Source: a virus
Lineage: Duplodnaviria > Heunggongvirae > Uroviricota > Caudoviricetes
DNA length: 44,826 nt
Direction: 5' to 3' (one strand)
IMG/VR virus record: IMGVR_UViG_2585427971_000012
In this document: one piece after another, positions 22,472-31,309 of the stretch
Position numbering within the stretch: position 1 is the stretch's first letter
Layout: every line of letters begins with the position of its first letter
The notes under the pieces: generated by a model
The model's input: the letters and a program-made list of their open reading frames with translations, nothing else
Database searches by the model: none
Told to the model about the DNA's origin: nothing
Program-made: the position numbers and the translations under genes

Positions 22472-22798
22472 TCAAGGACGTGACGGCGTAAAGATAAATT
22501 GTCTCTTCACTCCCTGACAGGGGCGATTCTTTTCAAATCGCCATTTCGCCATGGCCTTCACCACTTCATCACGAAACAAATTATGAGGCTCTGAGCGGAG
22601 AAAAACGATCCGTGTCACAGTCCCATCAGCACCAATATCGAACTTAACCTCAACCAGCCCCTTGATATAATTTGCTGCAGCATATTCCGGATATCGTGGA
22701 TACACCGTCACTAATTGCCGGGGCTCATCAGCTTTTTGCTGCGAGCATCCCACTGCCAGGACAGATAACAGAAAAAGTAGTAAAAGGCGTCTTTTCAT
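22472..22798 (-). CDS. Lipoprotein with TonB C-terminal-like domain (108 aa)
   Basis: From the ATG at 22798: MKRRLLLLFLLSVLAVGCSQQ (signal peptide plus lipobox Cys) then YPRYPEYAAANYIKGLVEVKFDIGADGTVTRIVFLRSEPHNLFRDEVVKAMAKWRFE, which fits the TonB C-terminal domain pattern (YP..A....G.V.V.F.I...G.V, ...W.F). AGGA Shine-Dalgarno upstream. Confidence 0.6.
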   Translation of the reverse strand: MKRRLLLLFLLSVLAVGCSQQKADEPRQLVTVYPRYPEYAAANYIKGLVEVKFDIGADGTVTRIVFLRSEPHNLFRDEVVKAMAKWRFEKNRPCQGVKRQFIFTPSRP

Positions 22799-23278
22799 TT
22801 TTATTCCTACGGGTCTTATTCTGACAATATATCCTGTGTTCCAGACTGCCACATCACCACATCCTGTGCCATTATCTGACTCACATTACATACATCGCAT
22901 CGGGATACAGTAGTAGCACTTTCTGTAATACAGCTTCCTGTTTCTTCCACCATCGCACCGGGATAAACCCGCGAATCATTAACGCGGTAAAAACCCGGTG
23001 TGCATCGTTTTTAATTATTCCCGCACACTCACGCAGAAGGAATTCCCCGTCGGGCTACGGTCATGGTTAATGCGGGAATACGGCGACGATACAGCGCAGC
23101 TAAAAGGGTAATGGACGGATAGACCGGTTTATTTCATTCCACAGGATTCTGAGTGTCCCCAACTTCCTCCAATAGTCTGAGCCCACCTGTGTAGTTTTAA
23201 TTTTCATCAATCCATTTAACTATCGTTTAATTGTTGTCACATAGGATTCTGCCGTTTTTAACAATGCAGGATAATAAG

Positions 23279-23572
23279 ATGAAAAAAATGTTGTTTTCTG
23301 CCGCTCTGGCAATGCTTATTACAGGATGTGCTCAACAGACGTTTACTGTTGGAAACAAACCTACAGCAGTAACACCAAAGGAAACCATCACCCATCATTT
23401 CTTCGTTTCGGGAATTGGGCAGAAGAAAACTGTCGATGCAGCAAAAATTTGTGGTGGTGCAGAAAATGTTGTTAAAACAGAAACCCAGCAAACATTCGTA
23501 AATGGATTGCTCGGTTTTATTACTTTAGGCATTTATACTCCGCTGGAAGCGCGTGTGTATTGCTCACAATAA
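23279..23572 (+). CDS. bor: Bor lipoprotein (serum-resistance lipoprotein, 97 aa)
   Basis: From the ATG at 23279: MKKMLFSAALAMLITGCAQQTFTVGNKPTAVTPKETITHHFFVSGIGQKKTVDAAKICGGAENVVKTETQQTFVNGLLGFITLGIYTPLEARVYCSQ matches lambda Bor; antisense to the late genes as in lambda. Confidence 0.95.
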   Translation: MKKMLFSAALAMLITGCAQQTFTVGNKPTAVTPKETITHHFFVSGIGQKKTVDAAKICGGAENVVKTETQQTFVNGLLGFITLGIYTPLEARVYCSQ

Positions 23573-23582
23573 TTGCATGAGT

Positions 23583-23600
23583 TGCCCATCGATATGGGCA
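23583..23600. terminator. Perfect palindrome TGCCCATcgatATGGGCA between the convergent bor and Rz genes; candidate bidirectional terminator
   Basis: 7-bp arms with 4-nt loop, read directly at 23583..23600; no strong U-tract on either side, so the terminator role is tentative. Confidence 0.35.
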
Positions 23601-23603
23601 GCT

Positions 23604-24065
23604 CTATCTGCACTGCTCATTAATATACTTCTGGGTTCCTTCCAGTTGTTTTTGCATAGTGATCAGCCTCTCTCTGAGGGTGAAATAATCCCGTTCAGCG
23701 GTGTCTGCCAGTCGGGGGGAGGCTGCATTATCCACGCCGGAGGCGGTGGTGGCTTCACGCACTGACTGACAGACTGCTTTGATGTGCAACCGACGACGAC
23801 CAGCGGCAACATCATCACGCAGAGCATCATTTTCAGCTTTCGCATCAGCTAACTCCTTCGTGTATTTTGCATCGAGCGCAGCAACATCACGCTGACGCAT
23901 CTGTATGTCAGTAATTGCCGCGTTCGCCAGCGTCAGTTCTCTGGCATTTTTGTCGCGCTGGGCTTTGTAGGTAATCGCGTTATCGCGGTAATGATTAACC
24001 GCCCATGAAAGGCAGACGATGACGCAGATAACCAGAGCGGAGATAATCGCGGTTATTCTGCTCAT
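23604..24065 (-). CDS. Rz: Spanin inner-membrane subunit Rz (153 aa)
   Basis: [53 protein letters not shown]... matches lambda Rz. Confidence 0.95.
   Translation of the reverse strand: MSRITAIISALVICVIVCLSWAVNHYRDNAITYKAQRDKNARELTLANAAITDIQMRQRDVAALDAKYTKELADAKAENDALRDDVAAGRRRLHIKAVCQSVREATTASGVDNAASPRLADTAERDYFTLRERLITMQKQLEGTQKYINEQCR
23663..23845 (-). CDS. Rz1: Spanin outer-membrane lipoprotein Rz1 (60 aa), embedded in Rz in the +1 frame
   Basis: [60 protein letters not shown]; lipobox and proline-rich tail as in lambda Rz1. Confidence 0.9.
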   Translation of the reverse strand: MRKLKMMLCVMMLPLVVVGCTSKQSVSQCVKPPPPPAWIMQPPPDWQTPLNGIISPSERG

Positions 24066-24538
24066 ACCTCACTCTCTCTGAGCGTTCCGCCAGCTTCTTT
24101 GAATTTTGCAATCAGGCTGTCAGCCTTATGCTCGAACTGACCATAACCAGCGCCCGGCAGTGAAGCCCAGATATTGCTGCAACGGTCGATTGCCTGACGG
24201 ATATCACCGCGATCAATCATCGGTAAAGCACCACGCTCTTTAATCTGCTGTAATGCCACTGCGTCCTGGCTTTTGGGGGAGAAGTCTTTCAAACCAAGCT
24301 GTTTACGGTAAGCATCCCACCAGCGTGAAAGAAGCTGATAACGTCCGGCGGCTGTTGATTTGAGTTTGGGGTGTAGCGTGACAAGTTTGCGAGGGTGATC
24401 GGAGTAATCAGTAAACAGTTCGCCGCCAACAATAACATCATAACCGTGGTTACGTGTCGGTTGTCGCCCGTTATCCGTTCCTTCTGACCACGCCAACATA
24501 TCGAGGAAGGCTTTACGCTGAGGATTAAGATTTTGCAT
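24062..24538 (-). CDS. R: Endolysin R (lambda-type lytic transglycosylase, 158 aa)
   Basis: ...[48 protein letters not shown]... matches lambda R as recalled. Confidence 0.95.
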   Translation of the reverse strand: MQNLNPQRKAFLDMLAWSEGTDNGRQPTRNHGYDVIVGGELFTDYSDHPRKLVTLHPKLKSTAAGRYQLLSRWWDAYRKQLGLKDFSPKSQDAVALQQIKERGALPMIDRGDIRQAIDRCSNIWASLPGAGYGQFEHKADSLIAKFKEAGGTLRESEV

Positions 24539-24842
24539 TTTTCACCCCTGTCAGTCGTTCCCAGAAGTACGTCAGTGCAACCGAACCCATCGCACCACTA
24601 ATCCCCGCTGTCGCGAGAATCATGTAAATACTGAATCCACTTTCGATGCTGATCAGGCCACCAATAACACCGGTGAATCCTGATACCACTATTTGAGCCA
24701 GAGCATTTATCCAACTCCACGTTGCTTTACTCTGCTTCACATCTATCAGGTAGCGGACCAGACCGCCCCAACCTGCGATGATCAGCAAAACGAGCCAGAA
24801 CGCTCCGGCAAGGCTCTCTTTTTCGTGCATATGAATAGCCAA
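24525..24842 (-). CDS. Holin (105 aa, multi-TM), not lambda S-type
   Basis: Immediately upstream of and overlapping R; hydrophobic helices; N-terminus MAIHMHEK has two Met codons 4 residues apart, compatible with a holin/antiholin dual start. Sequence unlike lambda S as recalled. Confidence 0.7.
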   Translation of the reverse strand: MAIHMHEKESLAGAFWLVLLIIAGWGGLVRYLIDVKQSKATWSWINALAQIVVSGFTGVIGGLISIESGFSIYMILATAGISGAMGSVALTYFWERLTGVKNAKS

Positions 24843-25044
24843 TGTTTCGCCGCCGACAAAAGGCCGGGACGTTAAATGTCAGAAATCAGGCTCACGGGGT
24901 AATTTAACGACAAAGCACGGAGTTGATGCTCCCCGCAAGCCTGGAATAAAAAAGCCAGCATGTAGCTGGCAACAGAGGGTTAAGCAATATCAACTCAACA
25001 GCTGAAGACACCCTGGCTGGGGTAGGTTGGAAGGCTACTCACCG

Positions 25045-25084
25045 TTCAGAAACAGAAAAGCCCAAGGCTTTAAACCTCGGGCTT
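25045..25084 (-). terminator. Candidate tR'-like terminator between Q and the lysis genes
   Basis: Minus strand: AAGCCCGAGGUUUAAAGCCUUGGGCUU hairpin (25058..25084) followed by UUUUCUGUUUCUG (plus 25047..25059). Confidence 0.45.
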
Positions 25085-25151
25085 GAATTTGGATTACTGC
25101 CAGTGCGTACAACATTGGCAAAATATCAGATTTACATAAAATATATGATTT

Positions 25152-25841
25152 TTAATCCAGTTTTGCAATATCTTGCTGTGAAAATATGGTCTTTTGTTTT
25201 GAACGTGTTTTCGTTAAAAGCAATAAAGCTTGGCTATCAAGCTGTAGAAAAATGTGCTTCATTGCAACCCAGCGTTCAGTAAATGTCTCAGACCAGTTTT
25301 TTGATGTCACTCCCACCAGTGATGCCAGCTCCTGGTATTCATAGGTCTTACGCCCTGCCAGCTCGTTCTTCACATCCTGTGCCGCCAGCCAGATCAACTT
25401 CTTCAAACGTTCCAGTGTTTTACCTGCAATTTTCCTGGTACCCAACAGAGTCTTAAACTCGCTCCATGCCCACTGCGTTATGGTGACCTGATGTTCCCAG
25501 CGAACACTTTCGCTGTAACTCCACAGCAACCACGCTTTCTGATGTTCTTCGAGAGACAGAACCGCGCGGCGCCATGACGAGGTTGAGAACTCAACCTGGC
25601 TGACCAGTGCAATGGATGAACCTTTTGCGTACAACTGCTTACCGGAAATCGGCGGATTATCCAGCGTAATCATCCTGCCAGTTACCTCATCCAGAATGCG
25701 CGGCTTCTTTCGTTTGTATGTACCAGTATCAAATTGTGCATGCTCCAGCCAGGCTTCAAGCTGTCCTTTCGTTGCTCCGCTCAAATCAGCGGTAGCCACA
25801 ATGAGTTGCTCGCGGACATACTGTAAATATTGGGTATTCAT
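25152..25841 (-). CDS. Late-gene regulator in the Q position (229 aa); family not assigned
   Basis: Sits between the nin region and the holin, about 300 bp upstream of the lysis cassette. Contains no cysteine, so no lambda-Q-type zinc finger; HTH-like segment YQELASLVGVTSKNWSE. Assignment is by position only. Confidence 0.5.
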   Translation of the reverse strand: MNTQYLQYVREQLIVATADLSGATKGQLEAWLEHAQFDTGTYKRKKPRILDEVTGRMITLDNPPISGKQLYAKGSSIALVSQVEFSTSSWRRAVLSLEEHQKAWLLWSYSESVRWEHQVTITQWAWSEFKTLLGTRKIAGKTLERLKKLIWLAAQDVKNELAGRKTYEYQELASLVGVTSKNWSETFTERWVAMKHIFLQLDSQALLLLTKTRSKQKTIFSQQDIAKLD

Positions 25842-25960
25842 GCGGCAGCTCCTTTCAGTGTTTTGGCGTAATTCTTCAGTATCCGGTAATCGGTCAAAAC
25901 AGAACTAGGAAAACGATATAAGCGCAGGCGCACCCAGCGGCGGCGAAGACGTTCTGCCAT
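25838..25960 (-). CDS. ylcG: YlcG-like small protein (40 aa)
   Basis: ATG at 25960; MAERLRRRWVRLRLYRFPSSVLTDYRILKNYAKTLKGAAA; stop overlaps the start of the Q-position gene (ATGA); between rusA and Q as in DLP12. Confidence 0.4.
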   Translation of the reverse strand: MAERLRRRWVRLRLYRFPSSVLTDYRILKNYAKTLKGAAA

Positions 25961-25974
25961 ATAAGACTCAAACA

Positions 25975-26337
25975 TCATTCATCTCCCAGTTCAGTGATAG
26001 TCAGCTCCAGCTTCCCACCTTTGGTAACGGGCATCTTCACAACGCGGTAATCAACGACCTGAGCATCATCCAGCCAGAAACCTGCTTTGGTGAGTGCGTC
26101 AAAAGCGGCCTTTTGCAGATTATCAAGGTCACGGCGACGGCGATCCGGCATGTGGCACTCAATGCTGATTTTCACAGGAATAGCCAGGCCGATATCCAGC
26201 ATTGCGTTTTTAATGATTCGGGCGACATTATCGCGGTATGCCTGCCCCTCTGCGCTGATATGCGTGCGTCCGCGATTATGGCGGTAATAGCGATTATTGC
26301 TCGGCGGCCAGGGTAGTGTGATGCAGTAAGTATTCAC
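25975..26337 (-). CDS. rusA: RusA Holliday junction resolvase (120 aa)
   Basis: [103 protein letters not shown]... matches RusA as recalled. Confidence 0.95.
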   Translation of the reverse strand: MNTYCITLPWPPSNNRYYRHNRGRTHISAEGQAYRDNVARIIKNAMLDIGLAIPVKISIECHMPDRRRRDLDNLQKAAFDALTKAGFWLDDAQVVDYRVVKMPVTKGGKLELTITELGDE

Positions 26338-26624
26338 GCCTTAATTACCCCCTCTTTCAGCCAGATAACCTGTGTTCTCGCCATACCTTCCAGCGCACAT
26401 TCTTTTGCATATCCAGCGTCAACAAAATGCGTGCGACGGTCGATTTCGTCGTGGCAGGCAGAACATGCAATGGTGGCAATCAGGTCTGGCGGTTTGATAC
26501 CGGTACCGCACAATCCAGCCAGCCGGATATGTGCCAGTACTGACGTTTCAGGATTGCCATTACATACGCCAGGGATTCTTACCTGGCATTCCCGACCACG
26601 CGCTGCTTTTCTCAAGTCAGCCAT
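26334..26624 (-). CDS. ybcO: YbcO-like protein (DUF1364-type Cys-rich putative nuclease, 96 aa)
   Basis: From the ATG at 26624: [64 protein letters not shown]...; AAGGAGG Shine-Dalgarno; DLP12 nin-region order. Confidence 0.8.
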   Translation of the reverse strand: MADLRKAARGRECQVRIPGVCNGNPETSVLAHIRLAGLCGTGIKPPDLIATIACSACHDEIDRRTHFVDAGYAKECALEGMARTQVIWLKEGVIKA

Positions 26625-26787
26625 GATTCCTCCTTGCTGCCAGTCGCAACCATTTTTTATCAACCAGGCTGGCGGTATATCCGAGCAGTGTTGGTATTTC
26701 GGATGGTTTCAGCTCAGGCTTACGCTTACGACGATTTGGTACTCTGTAGATGTGTCCGTTCATGACACGAATAAGCGGTGTAGCCAT
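26617..26787 (-). CDS. ninE: NinE-like protein (56 aa)
   Basis: Not in the ORF track (<60 aa). ATG at 26787 overlaps the ybcN stop (TAATG); [56 protein letters not shown]; stop overlaps the ybcO start. Confidence 0.7.
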   Translation of the reverse strand: MATPLIRVMNGHIYRVPNRRKRKPELKPSEIPTLLGYTASLVDKKWLRLAARRNHG

Positions 26788-27242
26788 TACGCCTCCTGCT
26801 TGTCGCGCAGCAGCTGGAACTCGCAGCTCTGCGGAATAGTCAGGTGGCAGCCAATATTCACCGCCCAGGCTTCAACCTTACACAGGAAGACATACATCTC
26901 TCCGGTATCGAGATCGGAGGTATGGCGTAACGACTGGATAGTAGTGATTTCGCCGGTTACGACATCAACCAGGTCCTTGGTTTCATAACCGAGGTATGTG
27001 TGTTTGAGAGCATCTTTTACCCATGCTGCGGTAGCGAACGATTTCCCCCTGCTGATGAGGTATTCACTGATTTCGCTGTACCACATGTGGCTGAGTGCAT
27101 TCTGGGAAAGACTGCGTTTCTCACGCCACGGTTTAAGCACCATGCGAAAGCATTTTCCGTTCTCCAGATAAGGCTGGATCTGCTGGCCGATAGCGATGAA
27201 GTTACCGCGATGCAGTTTGATGCCATCTTGTGGTAGGTTCAC
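26787..27242 (-). CDS. ybcN: YbcN-like protein (151 aa)
   Basis: [62 protein letters not shown]... matches DLP12 YbcN as recalled; first gene of the nin cluster. Confidence 0.8.
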   Translation of the reverse strand: MNLPQDGIKLHRGNFIAIGQQIQPYLENGKCFRMVLKPWREKRSLSQNALSHMWYSEISEYLISRGKSFATAAWVKDALKHTYLGYETKDLVDVVTGEITTIQSLRHTSDLDTGEMYVFLCKVEAWAVNIGCHLTIPQSCEFQLLRDKQEA

Positions 27243-28545
27243 GCTTCACCTCCACAGAGGTCAGACGCTAGATGCAAAAAAACGCAGGTGCATTTCTGCA
27301 TCTGTGAAGGGAGAAGAGAGTTTGGATTGTGTGTGCGCATAAACGTCCCCGTTTAGCGCAGAAGTCACCGGAGTTGTTCAGGCTCCGGTGATACAATTAT
27401 GGCGAATTGATTATTCATAATCAAACAAGATAAGGTCTCAAACTTCATGCAAGCCAAGATTTATTTCTGACAGAATTATACAAAGAAGCTATTGGTCAGA
27501 ATCTACTCGGACTGTAAAACATACGCATAACCTTAAGCTCTCACTTTAAGCATTGTTGAAATAATAGCCGTCAAGTACAACCTTAACCACGACTGGGATA
27601 TTTCCCTGGCTACCACGAGTTGTACGGCTATTAAACTGCCGTTAAATTTAGTAAGAGAATTTCATCCGATAAGTCAAGGCATGTAAAACATGAAAATTAA
27701 CAAGATATTATCATCTGCAACACTATTGTATGGTATGTCAATGGCCATGTCGGTCGGGAGTTGTGCAACACCTGTCCAGACTAATCTTCCTGGTTACACC
27801 CCGGGTGCAGATATCATTAGTGTTTCACCGACCAGAAACCAGGTCGATCTCATTGGTGATGTTGTTTATTCCCAGATAAAAGGAACTCGTTCTGTCAGAC
27901 AGCTTCACATGTCAGTTCTTGTCCCGCGAACAAATGATTTAAAACCAGCCATTATTTATTATCCCGGCGGCGGATTCATGTCTTCTGAACATGACAAATT
28001 TATTGAAATGAGAATGGCTCTGGCAGAAGCTGGTTTTGTTGTGGCCGCTGTAGAATACAGAACAATTCCTGATACATTTCCAGCACCAGTTGAGGATGGA
28101 AAAGCTGCAATACGTTACCTGAGAGAGCATGCCAGCAATTATGGGATTGATCCTCAAAGAATCGGAGTTCTGGGTGACTCTGCCGGTGGATGGCTTGCCC
28201 AGATGATGGGAACTACAAATGGTGACAAAACCTTTGATAAAGGTGACTTTCTTCAGCAATCCTCAGATGTTCAGGCAGTTGCCACACTTTATGGGATTTC
28301 TGACTTGTTGAATATTGGCGAGGGGTTCCCTGAATCAGTGCAGGAGGTTCATCGCTCTCCTGCCGTAACCGAAGCCTTAATGATCAATGGCCCTGCATTC
28401 AGAAATTTTGCGGGAGCCCCCATCACAGCGTCAAAAGAAAAAGCGCTAAACGCCAGTCCAATCGGACATATGAAAGGAGTAAAACCCCCATTTCTTATTA
28501 TGCATGGTAGCAAAGACACTCTGGTTTCACCTGAGCAAAGCGCCA

Positions 28546-28553
28546 AACTATTC
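28546..28553. repeat. Target-site duplication, left copy (AACTATTC)
   Basis: Exact 8-bp direct repeat abutting the IS left end; IS66-family elements make 8-bp TSDs. Confidence 0.8.
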
Positions 28554-28638
28554 GTAAGCGTAAACTGACCGCCGTATGTAGCCATCAGACGAGAATTGGT
28601 AACTTAGACGCCCATCTGATATAGACGGACATCTAAGT

Positions 28639-29064
28639 ATGGAATTACAGGACTGGCGAAAAGAACCTCGTAAAAACTATTCGAATGAATTCAAACTTCG
28701 TATGGTGGAACTGGCATCACAACCTGGAGCTTGTGTTGCACAGATTGCACGTGAAAATGGCGTCAATGATAATGTTATTTTCAAATGGCTCAGGCTCTGG
28801 CAGAACGAAGGGCGTGTTTCGCGGCGTCTTCCGGTAACGACCTCTTCTGACACTGGCGTTGAATTATTACCTGTAGAAATAACGCCGGATGAGCAGAAAG
28901 AACCTGTGGCGGCCATTGCGCCGTCTTTATCCACTTCCACTCAGACCAGAGTCAGTGCCAGTTCCTGCAAGGTGGAATTCCGTCACGGTAACATGACGCT
29001 GGAAAATCCATCGCCAGAGCTGCTCACAGTGTTGATCCGTGAACTGACCGGGAGGGGAAGATGA
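28639..29064 (+). CDS. tnpA: IS66-family accessory protein TnpA (141 aa)
   Basis: ORF track; first of three co-oriented IS ORFs; N-terminal HTH-like segment. Confidence 0.8.
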   Translation: MELQDWRKEPRKNYSNEFKLRMVELASQPGACVAQIARENGVNDNVIFKWLRLWQNEGRVSRRLPVTTSSDTGVELLPVEITPDEQKEPVAAIAPSLSTSTQTRVSASSCKVEFRHGNMTLENPSPELLTVLIRELTGRGR

Positions 29065-29411
29065 TCTCACTCCCATCAGGTACCCGTATCTGGCTCGTTG
29101 CCGGCGTTACCGATATGCGTAAATCCTTCAACGGACTGGGAGAACAGGTACAACATGTGCTGAATGATAATCCCTTCTCCGGTCACCTGTTTATCTTCCG
29201 TGGCCGACGGGGTGACACCGTCAAAATTCTTTGGGCTGATGCTGATGGTCTGTGCCTGTTCACCAAACGCCTGGAGGAAGGCCAGTTTATCTGGCCTGCG
29301 GTACGTGACGGCAAGGTATCCATTACCCGCTCGCAACTGGCAATGCTCCTCGATAAGCTGGACTGGCGTCAGCCAAAAACATCCAGCCGTAACTCACTGA
29401 CAATGTTGTAA
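29061..29411 (+). CDS. tnpB: IS66-family accessory protein TnpB (116 aa)
   Basis: ORF track; overlaps the tnpA stop by 4 nt; MISLPSGTRIWLVAGVTDMRKSFNGLGEQV... is the characteristic IS66 orfB N-terminus as recalled. Confidence 0.8.
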   Translation: MISLPSGTRIWLVAGVTDMRKSFNGLGEQVQHVLNDNPFSGHLFIFRGRRGDTVKILWADADGLCLFTKRLEEGQFIWPAVRDGKVSITRSQLAMLLDKLDWRQPKTSSRNSLTML

Positions 29412-29441
29412 AAAACTCCTGACCGCATTATAAAAACGGTC

Positions 29442-31055
29442 ATGAGTCAGAAATACCTCATTCGCATCGCAGAGCTGGAAAGGTTGCTCTCTGAGCAGGC
29501 TGAAGCCCTCCGTCAGAAAGACCAGCAACTGAGTCTGGTTGAAGAGACGGAAGCCTTCCTGCGCTCTGCACTGACACGTGCCGAAGAAAAGATCGAAGAA
29601 GATGAACGGGAAATAGAACATCTGCGGGCTCAGATAGAAAAACTGCGCCGGATGCTGTTCGGTACCCGTTCTGAAAAACTGCGTCGTGAAGTTGAACTGG
29701 CTGAGGCTCTGCTGAAACAACGTGAACAGGACAGCGATCGTTACAGTGGGCGGGAAGACGATCCTCAGGTTCCCCGCCAGTTGCGACAGTCGCGCCATCG
29801 TCGTCCGTTACCGGCACACCTTCCCCGTGAAATACACCGCCTGGAGCCAGAAGAAAGCTGTTGCCCGGAGTGTGGCGGTGAGCTGGATTATCTGGGGGAA
29901 GTCAGCGCTGAACAGCTGGAACTGGTGAGCAGTGCCCTGAAAGTGATCCGCACAGAACGGGTAAAAAAAGCCTGTACAAAATGTGACTGTATTGTTGAAG
30001 CACCGGCGCCGTCCCGCCCGATAGAGCGTGGTATCGCGGGCCCCGGATTACTTGCCCGCGTGTTAACGGGAAAATACTGCGAACATCTGCCACTGTATCG
30101 TCAGAGTGAAATCTTTGCCCGCCAGGGTGTCGAACTGAGCCGGGCCTTACTCTCCAACTGGGTTGACGCGTGCTGCCAGTTAATGACACCGGTGAATGAT
30201 GCCCTGTACCGTTATGTAATGAACACCCGCAAGGTTCACACTGATGACACACCGGTAAAGGTACTGGCACCGGGTCAGAAAAAGGCGAAAACAGGGCGTA
30301 TCTGGACGTATGTCCGGGATGATCGCAATGTGGGTTCGTCATCTCCTCCAGCGGTCTGGTTCGCGTACTCGCCGAACCGGCAGGGGAAACACCCGGAGCA
30401 ACACCTCCGCCCCTTCCGGGGTATCCTGCAGGCGGATGCGTTCACAGGTTACGACAGGTTGTTCAGTGCAGAACGTGAAGGTGGTGCACTGACAGAAGTT
30501 GCGTGCTGGGCCCATGCCCGGCGAAAAATCCACGATGTATACATCAGCAGCAAAAGTGCGACGGCAGAAGAAGCCCTGAAGCGAATCAGTGAACTGTACG
30601 CCATCGAGGATGAAATACGGGGATTACCGGAGTCAGAGCGTCTTGCCGTCAGGCAGCAGCGAAGCAAAGTGTTACTGACGTCGCTGCATGAATGGATGGT
30701 GGAGAAGAATGGTACGCTGTCGAAAAAATCCAGACTGGGCGAAGCGTTCAGCTATGTACTGAATCAGTGGGATGCCCTCTGTTATTACAGTGATGACGGT
30801 CTGGCGGAGGCGGATAATAATGCTGCGGAAAGAGCGCTTCGTGCAGTCTGTCTCGGAAAGAAAAACTTTATGTTCTTTGGCAGCGATCACGGCGGCGAGC
30901 GTGGAGCACTGTTGTACGGGCTGATCGGCACCTGCCGTCTGAACGGTATCGATCCGGAAGCGTATCTGCGCCATATCCTGAGCGTACTGCCGGAATGGCC
31001 TTCCAACCGAGTTGACGAACTCCTGCCATGGAACGTAGTACTCACCAATAAATAA
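29442..31055 (+). CDS. tnpC: IS66-family transposase TnpC (537 aa)
   Basis: ORF track; leucine-zipper-like N-terminus, CxxC...CxxC zinc-finger-like segment (CCPECGGE...CTKCDC), large DDE-type core. Confidence 0.85.
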   Translation: MSQKYLIRIAELERLLSEQAEALRQKDQQLSLVEETEAFLRSALTRAEEKIEEDEREIEHLRAQIEKLRRMLFGTRSEKLRREVELAEALLKQREQDSDRYSGREDDPQVPRQLRQSRHRRPLPAHLPREIHRLEPEESCCPECGGELDYLGEVSAEQLELVSSALKVIRTERVKKACTKCDCIVEAPAPSRPIERGIAGPGLLARVLTGKYCEHLPLYRQSEIFARQGVELSRALLSNWVDACCQLMTPVNDALYRYVMNTRKVHTDDTPVKVLAPGQKKAKTGRIWTYVRDDRNVGSSSPPAVWFAYSPNRQGKHPEQHLRPFRGILQADAFTGYDRLFSAEREGGALTEVACWAHARRKIHDVYISSKSATAEEALKRISELYAIEDEIRGLPESERLAVRQQRSKVLLTSLHEWMVEKNGTLSKKSRLGEAFSYVLNQWDALCYYSDDGLAEADNNAAERALRAVCLGKKNFMFFGSDHGGERGALLYGLIGTCRLNGIDPEAYLRHILSVLPEWPSNRVDELLPWNVVLTNK

Positions 31056-31085
31056 GCGTCAATACGGTGCTCCGTTGACGCTTAC

Positions 31086-31093
31086 AACTATTC
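31086..31093. repeat. Target-site duplication, right copy (AACTATTC)
   Basis: Exact 8-bp direct repeat abutting the IS right end. Confidence 0.8.
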
Positions 31094-31275
31094 AGGATGT
31101 TGAAGAAGAACGGTGATAACGCTGAGTACGTGCTGGTAGAAGGGGCCGAGCATGGCGATAAGACATGGTATCAGCCAATTATTATAAACAGAGTCGTTGA
31201 GTGGTTTACTAAAAACCTGGGAGCGCCTATAAAAACAGCTCCCCAACAACAAAACCCAAACGCTAACCTGTAAAA

Positions 31276-31309
31276 AGAGGGAGGGCTAAGCCCTCCCCAT
31301 TCAATTTTG
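31276..31309. terminator. Candidate bidirectional intrinsic terminator between the esterase 3' end and the adhesin 3' end
   Basis: GGGAGGGC(31279..31286)/GCCCTCCC(31290..31297) stem with 3-nt loop; U-rich flank on both strands (plus ATTCAATTTTGTT; minus UCUUUUUA). Confidence 0.5.

Larger units (their letters stand above)
28554..31085 (+). mobile_element. IS66-family insertion sequence (2532 bp) with three ORFs (tnpA, tnpB, tnpC)
   Basis: Imperfect terminal inverted repeats beginning GTAAGCGT (28554..) and ending ACGCTTAC (..31085); typical IS66 three-ORF layout; flanked by identical 8-bp direct repeats. Confidence 0.85.
27690..31273 (+). pseudogene. Lipoprotein alpha/beta-hydrolase (esterase/lipase-type) interrupted by an IS66-family element; intact gene would be about 347 aa
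   Basis: 5' part 27690..28553: signal peptide with lipobox (MSMAMSVGSCATP), oxyanion-hole YYPGGGF, nucleophile elbow GDSAGG, acid candidate HGSKDTLV. 3' part 31094..31273 reads in frame after removing the IS plus one TSD copy (...SAKLF|RMLKKNGDNAEYVLVEGAEHGDKTWYQ...) and carries the catalytic His (EGAEHGD). Confidence 0.75.

Noticed and set aside
24843-25151. Toxin or tRNA cargo between Q and the lysis genes, the usual Stx-phage site
   Set aside because: The interval is only about 300 bp and contains just a terminator-like hairpin and presumed late-promoter sequence; no ORF and no tRNA-like cloverleaf was evident by eye.
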